Part shown: piece by piece, positions 19,685 to 27,258 of the stretch
Layout of the letters: every line of letters begins with the position of its first letter
Position numbering within the stretch: the stretch's first letter is position 1
Assembly (NCBI GenBank): GCA_964247135.1
Contig: CAXTTL010000032.1
Span: 1 to 28,641 of the forward strand
Length of the DNA stretch: 28,641 nt
Source of the DNA: an uncultured Deinococcales bacterium
GTDB taxonomy: Bacteria; Deinococcota; Deinococci; Deinococcales; JAAFIG01
Direction: 5' to 3'
Notes under the pieces: generated by a model
What the model saw: only the letters and a program-made list of their open reading frames with translations
What the model was told of the DNA's origin: nothing
Databases searched by the model: none
Made by a program: the position numbers and the translations under genes

Positions 19685-19688
19685 GTTT

Positions 19689-19847
19689 ATGAATCTCGAG
19701 CCAAAAAATTCAAATGCCACTGAGGTCCAAAACGATGTGCCACGCAAAACCTGGATTGCACCCGTGGTTGAAGAAATCGAGTTTCGAGATACCAGCTTTG
19801 GCGCAAACTCCACTTTTGTTGATGGCTCATTTGTGAGTAGCACTTAA
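19689..19847 (+). CDS. Lasso peptide precursor (A), 52 aa
   Basis: MNLEPKNSNATEVQNDVPRKTWIAPVVEEIEFRDTS-FGANSTFVDGSFVSST. It has a paeninodin-type WxxPxV leader motif, Thr at -2, Asp at core position 9 and a strong SD. Confidence 0.88.
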   Translation: MNLEPKNSNATEVQNDVPRKTWIAPVVEEIEFRDTSFGANSTFVDGSFVSST

Positions 19848-19888
19848 CCAAACATTTTGATCGATCACAAAATGTCACGGGTTTTTTC
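19846..19888 (+). terminator. Hairpin plus U tract directly after the precursor gene
   Basis: Stem ACATTTTG/CAAAATGT with a possible outer AACC/GGTT pairing, followed by a T run. Confidence 0.5.
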
Positions 19889-19902
19889 ATTTCACGCAGC
19901 AA

Positions 19903-19940
19903 CCCCTCGAGCAATTTTAAAGCTCGAGGGGCTTTGATTT
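19903..19940 (+). terminator. Second hairpin after the precursor gene, built from two CTCGAG copies
   Basis: Perfect 10-bp inverted repeat CCCCTCGAGC (19903-19912) / GCTCGAGGGG (19922-19931), then CTTTGATTT. Confidence 0.65.
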
Positions 19941-20015
19941 GAGCCTTTGTGCTTGTTACACTTGGACAGTCATGAAGATGAAGACCGCTCGAGAAATTTT
20001 GAAAACGGAATCGTT

Positions 20016-20993
20016 TTGAAGTCTTTTTACGACCACCAGGTTTTTGGCTGGCATCTGCGATCCAACATCGCCCTGCCATGTCAACCCCGCCTCGAGCCTG
20101 GAACACCAGATTGCGTTCTGGATGTGATCGAAACCTTCAATTTTACCGAAACCAACCCAGCATTCTCGAACATTGATGTGCTTCGGACTTCAAAAATTCA
20201 AACGGTTTGGAAGAACGCCGCTGGGGACTGGCGGCTCGAGTACCAAATACCAGAACACGATCTTCACATCCGGGTGGACGTGACTGGCGTGGGTCGGCGC
20301 ATTCTGGTGCGTTACAACCAGTCTAAAAGTTTAAAAAGTCTTCCATTCATGGTGTTGGGGTCGGTGCTGGCGGCTTGTTTGTGGCAGGCTGGCAAGGTCT
20401 GCTTGCATGGTGGCATGGTGGTTTCTGGCGGCACTGGTCTGATGGTCATGGGGGCTTCTGGGGCGGGAAAATCCAGCACGCTCGGCGCTCTTATGCAGCT
20501 TGGTTGCCCAATCCTGACCGAAGATGTGGTGGTGCTTGCGCCCAACGATTTGAATGCGCCTTGTGGACCCATTTACTTGCGATTGTGGTCAGATTCGGCG
20601 CTCGCACTTGGTTTTGACCCAAGCACCATGCCGCTCGTGTTCCAACCCGAAAGCAATTTGGGCGAGAAGCGTTACCTCGAGTTGGCTGCAACTCGGTTTG
20701 AGCAAAACCTCAAAAGTGTGCCCCTGTCGCACGTGTTCATTTTGGCTGGCAGGAAAGAAATATCCAAACCAAAGCTGACCACCTTAAGCCCAAAAGATGC
20801 CGTGCCACAACTGATGAACAACCTCTATCGAGGCATTCGATTTGATCTTGAACTTCGCAGTCAGCAGGCTTTTGCCACCTGCGTGAATCTCGCACACCAA
20901 TGCCGCGTCAGTTTGGTGAAGGTGCCTGCCAACCTCGAGCGACTTCCAGAACTGGCAGATTCGCTGCTCGAGGCTATGGAACTTGTGGCTTGA
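20016..20993 (+). CDS. HPr-kinase-like P-loop kinase (lasso peptide kinase type)
   Basis: N-terminal 'VFGWHLRSNIALP', 'CLHGG', Walker A 'GASGAGKSST' and 'ILTEDVVVL'. Directly downstream of the precursor. Start uncertain (TTG 20016 versus TTG 19947). Confidence 0.8.
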   Translation: MKSFYDHQVFGWHLRSNIALPCQPRLEPGTPDCVLDVIETFNFTETNPAFSNIDVLRTSKIQTVWKNAAGDWRLEYQIPEHDLHIRVDVTGVGRRILVRYNQSKSLKSLPFMVLGSVLAACLWQAGKVCLHGGMVVSGGTGLMVMGASGAGKSSTLGALMQLGCPILTEDVVVLAPNDLNAPCGPIYLRLWSDSALALGFDPSTMPLVFQPESNLGEKRYLELAATRFEQNLKSVPLSHVFILAGRKEISKPKLTTLSPKDAVPQLMNNLYRGIRFDLELRSQQAFATCVNLAHQCRVSLVKVPANLERLPELADSLLEAMELVA

Positions 20994-21006
20994 GTTTAGC
21001 CAGGTT

Positions 21007-23814
21007 TCAAACCAACACGGCAAGGGGTTCATCTTGCACAGGCTCGAGCGCCAAAGCCACAGCGTCTTGAAAACCCAAACTCGAGGCGTCCAATTCGATC
21101 CGAGCGACTTCAATCGCGTTTAAACCATGCTCGAGTTTCAAGTATTGGGTGCTGGATTTGACCCTTTCATTCAACTTTGAGCCGATCCGATTCAGGATGG
21201 TTTCCGCCGCAAGTAACAACTTTAGCGCCTTTGACGTTCGTCCCAGACCATGCTCGAGTTGCGCGAAATCGACCAAGACGTGCGCCGCAGACCATTGCCG
21301 CCCGAGTTGCACAACCGTTTGCAAGGCTTCTCGCAAATGGTTTCGAGCCGCGATAGACTGCCCGTTTCGTCTTGCCAAATTCCCCAAAGCTTGCAGACCG
21401 TTGGCGATGCCCTGAACGTCGTTCGCCTCGCGTTTGACCTTTAAAGATTGCTCGAGCAGACTGGTCTCCAAGCCGGTGTCGCCCTGCAAACCGGCAATAT
21501 TTCCCAGATAACCCATCGAATACGCCGCGCCAATTGGATCGTTCAGGCTGCGTTTTAAAGCCAGCGCTTTGGCAAAACACACTTTGGCAGCCTCGAGATC
21601 GTTCTGGTACAAGAACACCAAGCCAAGATCGTTGTTGCACATCGCAATCTGATTGGTGTTGGCGTGTACTTCATGCAGGGCAATTGCAGCCTCGAGATGG
21701 TCTTTGGCGGCGGTTAAATTCCCGAGGTCGCGTTCAATCAGACCAAAAAACTTTTGAGAATTGGCGCGTAGTTGCGAATCGCCCAGCGCCTCGCCAATCG
21801 CTTGATATTCGACGACTGCGGCTCGAGCCACCCCGTACTGCGATTGCTCTTTGCCCAAACTGGCGATCATCCAGAGCAAATGCGCCCGAACCCAATCCTG
21901 GGTTTGGGTTTGTGGACATGCCGCAAAACGCTGTCCCCAACTTAAACCCTCTTTGTGATGACCGCGCGTGTTCCAAAAATGCTCGAGCAACCCCACCGTT
22001 TCCGCCCCAAGCCTGGGGTTGTGCGTCAAACACCACTCGAGCGCTGGGCGAATGTTCTCGAGTTCAAGTTCTACGCGGCGACTCATTTCGGCATGTCGGA
22101 TGCTGTTGCGTTCTGGATACCAAGCCCGGCTTAAACCGAGCGCAAGTTCGCTCAAATTGCTCATGGCGTCATGTTTTGCTGGGTCGCCGAGTTCCAAAAA
22201 TGCGTACTGCCGGATCAACTCGTGCAAATAAAACCTCGAGTCACGTTTGGAGACCATCGATTTGTTGATCAATTTCAAGACCACATTGAGGCTCGAACCA
22301 CCGACCTTCAGCGCCCAGTCACGGCTAAAACTGCCACGAAACACGCTCAAACGCGCCAAGGCGGTTTTTTCGGATTCGGTCAATAAAATCCAAGAATAAG
22401 CAAAGGTCGCGGCAAAACTGCGTTGACGTGCAGGCACGTCCGAACGGTCTGTCTCGAGGAGGTTTAAACTGGTTTCGAGTTCGCCTGCAATCTCGGTCAG
22501 GGTCAGCGCCCGCACCCAACTTGCCGCCAACTCGAGTCCGAGCGGAATGCCCGACACGGCGCGGTAAATTCGGGTAAAACTGTGAATGTCATCCTCAAAA
22601 TGAAAATTTGGATCGACGCGCTGCGCCGCTTTGAGAAACACCAGCGCAGCATCCTGAGTCTCGAGCGGAAAAAGATTATCAGGGGCGGGCAAACCCGCAA
22701 TCTCAATCAGGTTTTCAAAACTCAAGCCAAGCGCCTCACGGCTGGTTGCCAAAATGCGAAGCTGGTGGCATTTTTCCAAGAGCATTGCCACGAATATGTC
22801 AATGCCTGGAAGATGCTCGAGGTTATCCAGCACCAAAAACAATTCTCGCTCGCTCAAGACCTCGAGCAGCATGATGGTGGAATTGACCGAACCGCTGACC
22901 CCCAAAGCCTCGAGGATACTGTCTGGTACAAGGTCAACGCTACCAACGCCGGCGAGCGGCACAAAGCACGCGCCGATTGAAAATTGTTGCTGATATTGCG
23001 TGGCAATCGCGATTGCCAAACGGGTTTTGCCCGCGCCACCCACGCCGACCAAGGTCATCAATCGGCAAGTCTGGTCTTGAAAGCGCTCGTCGATCAGTTG
23101 CAGTTCAGAATGTCGCCCAATCAAATCCGTTGTTGAGATCGGTAAGTGGGCTGAGATTTGCGAAACGCTCGAGTTTGAACCAGCCAATGTTCTTAAGATT
23201 TCGTCGCTCGGCTCGAGGTCAAGGTCGCGCAAGGCTTTGGCGTGAATGGCAAAGGTTTTCTGACGTTGCTGAACGTTGGTGCATAAGCCCAGGTGAGCCT
23301 GCAACAACTCCTCGGACAATGGTTCTAGTTGAATGGCATTTTCCAGCATTGAAATGGCGGAATCTGGCTCGAGTATGCCCACAGCCTTTAAAACGGCATC
23401 GCGGTACGCAGCAGCCATTTTTTCACGCTCGAGCATCAAGATTGCCTCGAGGTCATTGAGGTTGGGCAAGTCTGCACCGTGTAAGAATTCGCCCCGATAA
23501 AGCGAAATCGCCTCGAGCCAGTTATGGTTGTTGATTGCGGCTCGGAATGCCGACACGTCGCTTAAACCATCGAACCGCACACGGTTGGCGTCGGCGACCA
23601 AACCAAGACCATATTCAAAACCTCGAGCGCGATACAGCAATTGCCGCAGGCGTTTGCGCCCAATGTCTTCGGGGACATCACCCCACAGCAACAACACCAG
23701 TTCGGCTCGAGACACCCAGCTTCGGCGGCAGATCAACACAGCGATCAAAAAAGTGACGCGCTCGAGCGGAACGGCGGTGTTTGAAAATCTGGCTTCGCCC
23801 AAAAGTCTTAACAC
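21007..23814 (-). CDS. BTAD/SARP-like + NB-ARC-type ATPase + TPR regulator (STAND class)
   Basis: N-terminal 'SRAELVLLLW...LRQLLYR...SDVSAF...LYRGEFL', 'LIGRHSEL', Walker A 'GVGGAGKTRLA', Walker B 'LVLDNLEH', 'GIPLGLELAA' and C-terminal TPR repeats. Confidence 0.88.
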   Translation of the reverse strand: MLRLLGEARFSNTAVPLERVTFLIAVLICRRSWVSRAELVLLLWGDVPEDIGRKRLRQLLYRARGFEYGLGLVADANRVRFDGLSDVSAFRAAINNHNWLEAISLYRGEFLHGADLPNLNDLEAILMLEREKMAAAYRDAVLKAVGILEPDSAISMLENAIQLEPLSEELLQAHLGLCTNVQQRQKTFAIHAKALRDLDLEPSDEILRTLAGSNSSVSQISAHLPISTTDLIGRHSELQLIDERFQDQTCRLMTLVGVGGAGKTRLAIAIATQYQQQFSIGACFVPLAGVGSVDLVPDSILEALGVSGSVNSTIMLLEVLSERELFLVLDNLEHLPGIDIFVAMLLEKCHQLRILATSREALGLSFENLIEIAGLPAPDNLFPLETQDAALVFLKAAQRVDPNFHFEDDIHSFTRIYRAVSGIPLGLELAASWVRALTLTEIAGELETSLNLLETDRSDVPARQRSFAATFAYSWILLTESEKTALARLSVFRGSFSRDWALKVGGSSLNVVLKLINKSMVSKRDSRFYLHELIRQYAFLELGDPAKHDAMSNLSELALGLSRAWYPERNSIRHAEMSRRVELELENIRPALEWCLTHNPRLGAETVGLLEHFWNTRGHHKEGLSWGQRFAACPQTQTQDWVRAHLLWMIASLGKEQSQYGVARAAVVEYQAIGEALGDSQLRANSQKFFGLIERDLGNLTAAKDHLEAAIALHEVHANTNQIAMCNNDLGLVFLYQNDLEAAKVCFAKALALKRSLNDPIGAAYSMGYLGNIAGLQGDTGLETSLLEQSLKVKREANDVQGIANGLQALGNLARRNGQSIAARNHLREALQTVVQLGRQWSAAHVLVDFAQLEHGLGRTSKALKLLLAAETILNRIGSKLNERVKSSTQYLKLEHGLNAIEVARIELDASSLGFQDAVALALEPVQDEPLAVLV

Positions 23815-23948
23815 TAGGATTCAGTATGCAAGATTTAGCCAACAGATTCAATTCAAAACCCACATTGTGAATGCTGACAAAACCAAAGCTCGAGCTTGAA
23901 ACACCAGTGCCACAATTGAGGGTGGCGAAATGATGGAAAATAGCCTTC

Positions 23949-24476
23949 ATGTCTGTTCAGGAATTGCTCGAGTTTCGAAGCCGCAAGGACGCTTTTTTCG
24001 CGTCTTCTCAATCACCTTTGCCAGAGGCGGCAAGACACGGGTTTGCAGGTTTAGTTTATTTTGAATTTCAACCCAAAATGGTTTTTGAGCCTGCACTCAA
24101 ACCCGTTCAAGATTTCGAGCACGTCGGAATGGAAACCTCAAACGGTGTGCGAAAATTCTTTATTCGGGCTGGAACGCTCGAGTTTGCGGCGGCTGGTGAA
24201 ATCCTGCACTTGACGGCATTTTCAAACCCAGAATCCGAAGACGCTGGGTTGTTCATTCCCTTTCGAGATGCAACCAGCGGAACCCAAACATACGGTTCGG
24301 GGCGTTACCTCGATTCCGAACTTTCCGCCGACGGAACGGTGCTGCTCGACTTTAACCTGGCTTACAACCCGTACTGCGCCTATTCGGACGGTTGGTCTTG
24401 CCCGATACCGCCGCTCGAGAACTGGCTGCGTGTGCCGATTCTGGCAGGCGAGAAAGCATTTGAGGCAAGCCCATGA
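23949..24476 (+). CDS. DUF1684 family protein
   Basis: 'LFIPFRDATSG..TYGSGRYL' and 'LDFNLAYNPYCAYS..WSCPIPP.EN.L...ILAGEK'. Confidence 0.9.
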   Translation: MSVQELLEFRSRKDAFFASSQSPLPEAARHGFAGLVYFEFQPKMVFEPALKPVQDFEHVGMETSNGVRKFFIRAGTLEFAAAGEILHLTAFSNPESEDAGLFIPFRDATSGTQTYGSGRYLDSELSADGTVLLDFNLAYNPYCAYSDGWSCPIPPLENWLRVPILAGEKAFEASP

Positions 24477-25273
24477 ACGCCATTCCCGAAGCCGCAGATT
24501 GGCGCTCATCGCTCGAGCGTCATCAATTTGAGGAGGCGCTGGCACGCTTGAAGGCACTCAGTCTGGTCGGACAAGGTGATGTTGAGCATCAAGACGCGCT
24601 CGAGCGGCTGGTGATGTTTTTTGAAAGCCTGAGGGCAAAAAATTATTTGGCGGCGGGGCGCGTCAACCGTTCAGGCTGGAGCGCCCTCGATGTCCAAGTG
24701 CTGGGCTTGGACGAGATGCTGGCGGCGCTGGTCAACGCCGAAGAAAGCTGGCGCAACGGCGACGAGCGCGTCAGGGCTGCCTTACAACCCGCACTCGAGC
24801 ATCCGTTGACCCGAGCGGAGGCGATGAATCAACTTGGGGTGCTCGAGGCGGTCTGCGAAAAACCAGATTTGGCGCGAACGCACTTTCAAGCGGCACTCGC
24901 CAGCGACCCGCGACACTACCGTGCCATCACCAATCTGGGCAACCTCGAACTCGAGTCTGGCAATCTTCAAACCGCCGAAATGCGTTACCGTGAATCGCTC
25001 AAACTCAACCCAGAGTACAGCGTGGCGTACAACAACCTGGCAGCCGTTTTAAAACGCCAGGGCAAACGCGGCGAGGCGGTGGACATGCTGAAAAAATCGC
25101 AACGCATGAGCCTGAAAGAAATCCGCCAACTCAGCAGAAAAGGCGTCCCGACCTCGAGCAACGGCGCCCCAAACTTACAAACTCGAGCGGCTGAACTTTG
25201 GGCGAACACCACCGTCCGAACGGTGATTGTTGTGGTGTTGATCGTGGTCGCCTACCAAATATTCAAACACTAG
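24473..25273 (+). CDS. TPR-repeat protein with a C-terminal membrane anchor
   Basis: TPR motifs 'AITNLGNL...YRESLKLNPEYSVAYNNLA', a hydrophobic C-terminal helix and an ATGA overlap with the DUF1684 gene. Confidence 0.8.
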   Translation: MNAIPEAADWRSSLERHQFEEALARLKALSLVGQGDVEHQDALERLVMFFESLRAKNYLAAGRVNRSGWSALDVQVLGLDEMLAALVNAEESWRNGDERVRAALQPALEHPLTRAEAMNQLGVLEAVCEKPDLARTHFQAALASDPRHYRAITNLGNLELESGNLQTAEMRYRESLKLNPEYSVAYNNLAAVLKRQGKRGEAVDMLKKSQRMSLKEIRQLSRKGVPTSSNGAPNLQTRAAELWANTTVRTVIVVVLIVVAYQIFKH

Positions 25274-25283
25274 CACTCGAGGT

Positions 25284-26048
25284 TTATTCGACTGGCAAGT
25301 CAGCTTGAGTCAGCCACTCGTTCATGCTGCCCAAGTAATTCTTAACCTTAAAGCCTTGACTTTTGAGCGCCTGAAACAACACGGCACTGCGTGCTCCAGA
25401 TTGACAGTGAACGATGATTTCTGCGTCTTTTGGAATCTCAGCCAAGGTATGCTCGAGTTCCGATTCAGTCTGAAAGCCTTGGCTGTTCATGACCCGAGTC
25501 CATTCAAAATGCTGTGCCCCAGGAATATGTCCCCCTCGGGTCGCGCCCGCCGGAATTTTGATGCCCGCAAACTCTTGGGCGTCTCGAGCATCGAGCACAA
25601 CAGTGTCGCTCGAGCGGTTCAGCACTTCATCGGCGGTCGCCAAAAATTCTGGGTGTGGCTCGAGTTTAAAATCTGAAGTTTTTACATGCGGTATTTCACT
25701 CGAGATTGGCAAACCCGCCGCCGCCCACGCCTGAAAACCACCGTTTAAAATGCCGACCTCAAACCCTGCGTACTCGAGCGCCCAAGCGGTTCTGGCGGCT
25801 CGAGAATCGACGCCCGAATCGTAAACCACCACTTTCGCACCAACTTCCAAGCCAAGGCTTTGCACCCAGGATTGCAGCGTGCCCTGAAAATCCTCGAGTC
25901 CAGTTTGATCCCGAATGACAAATTTGGGCGTGACAAATTCGGCGTGAAGCGCTCCTGGAATGTGCCCACTCGAGAATTGCGGCTCGGTGCGGGAATCGAG
26001 AATGACTGCATCACTTGGGATTTCATTGGTGGTTAGAAGTCGTTTCAT
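25284..26048 (-). CDS. Tandem-domain rhodanese / sulfurtransferase
   Basis: Two 'GHIPGA' motifs, 'LDAR', active-site 'HCQSGARS' and 'YLGSMNEW'. Confidence 0.92.
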   Translation of the reverse strand: MKRLLTTNEIPSDAVILDSRTEPQFSSGHIPGALHAEFVTPKFVIRDQTGLEDFQGTLQSWVQSLGLEVGAKVVVYDSGVDSRAARTAWALEYAGFEVGILNGGFQAWAAAGLPISSEIPHVKTSDFKLEPHPEFLATADEVLNRSSDTVVLDARDAQEFAGIKIPAGATRGGHIPGAQHFEWTRVMNSQGFQTESELEHTLAEIPKDAEIIVHCQSGARSAVLFQALKSQGFKVKNYLGSMNEWLTQADLPVE

Positions 26049-26054
26049 GCTCTA

Positions 26055-27230
26055 TTAAACGCCATTAGACCCAGCTTTTGCCAGTGTCCGTAACCAGATC
26101 GAGGAGCACAACGCCAGCAAAGCACACGCCGCCAATGCTATCGGAATCACGGGCGCCCCAAAGACTTGCTTTAAAACGCCAAGCAAGGGCGCAATCAACA
26201 ACGCCCCAACCGAACCAGACACCAAAAACACCGAACTGGCGGCGACGCTCGAGTATTCGCGGTTGATCCAGACCAAACCGGTCGGGAAAACTGGCGCAAA
26301 AAACAGCCCTGCGGCAACAAAAGCGGGTGTTGCCAACGAGGGAATTTGTGCGGTCAGCAATGCCATGAGCGACAACAGCAAACACCCCATAATCATTGTG
26401 GCGTTCGAGAACCGCAAACTCAGCGGAATCGAGAGGAAACGCCCGACCGTCAACGCCTGCCAGAACCAAGACGCCACACGCGCCGATTGTGCCAAATCAA
26501 AACCGATGCTTTGCAAATAGCTGGGCATCCAAAAACTGACGCCTTGTTCGGCACAGACGTAAAAAAGGCACATCAACACAAAGCCGATCAGCTTTGGACT
26601 GAGTGTCATGCTCGAGCCTGAAGTTCGTTCTAAAACAGTATCTCGAGCGGGCAGCATCACCAGAACAATCGCGGCGGCGAAGATACCGACCGCCAGAAAC
26701 ATCAATCCAAAATGCTCAAGCAACCAAACCACCACCAGCGGTCCAGCGATAGAGCCAAACGAAAAAGAGGTGCTCATGACGTTCATGACCGCGCCAGAGC
26801 GATTGCCGAAACCCCTGGAAAACAGCGTGGCATAATCGACCTGAAACATGCCCAGCCCAAATCCCAACAGCAACACCGAAGCCAGCGCCATAAACCAAAA
26901 TTGAGAGACAAAAAACAGCAGGCAACCCGCACCAAACAACGCCACACCGATTGCCATGCGCGACCCAGCTTGAAAACGCTTCTCGAGAAAACCGGTGGCA
27001 ACATTGCCCAGCACGCCACCCAAAGATTGGGCGCTGCCCAGCAAACCGACGCTGGCATCGGAGATCAAAAACCGCAATTTGATAAAGCTGACCGCCGAAC
27101 CCCAACTCGAGCCGATCATGCCCACCGAAAACAAAGTCATGAAGGTTGCCGCAATCAACACTGGGGTCAAACTGGGATTGGCAACTCGGGTTTCGCTTGA
27201 TTTTTTAGGGTTGGCTCGAGCATCAGACAC
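26055..27230 (-). CDS. MFS transporter (FucP/TsgA-like)
   Basis: About 12 hydrophobic helices; 'FYVCAEQGVSFW', 'TVGRF' and 'APVFPT'. TATACT lies 6 nt before the GTG start. Confidence 0.85.
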   Translation of the reverse strand: MSDARANPKKSSETRVANPSLTPVLIAATFMTLFSVGMIGSSWGSAVSFIKLRFLISDASVGLLGSAQSLGGVLGNVATGFLEKRFQAGSRMAIGVALFGAGCLLFFVSQFWFMALASVLLLGFGLGMFQVDYATLFSRGFGNRSGAVMNVMSTSFSFGSIAGPLVVVWLLEHFGLMFLAVGIFAAAIVLVMLPARDTVLERTSGSSMTLSPKLIGFVLMCLFYVCAEQGVSFWMPSYLQSIGFDLAQSARVASWFWQALTVGRFLSIPLSLRFSNATMIMGCLLLSLMALLTAQIPSLATPAFVAAGLFFAPVFPTGLVWINREYSSVAASSVFLVSGSVGALLIAPLLGVLKQVFGAPVIPIALAACALLALCSSIWLRTLAKAGSNGV

Positions 27231-27258
27231 AGGCTAAGTATAACCGTACCCACATAAT

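Noticed and set aside
19428-19688. N-terminal 87 aa of the 139-aa ORF 19428..19847
   Set aside because: It overlaps the cyclase in another frame. The real start is ATG 19689, behind AAGGAGG.
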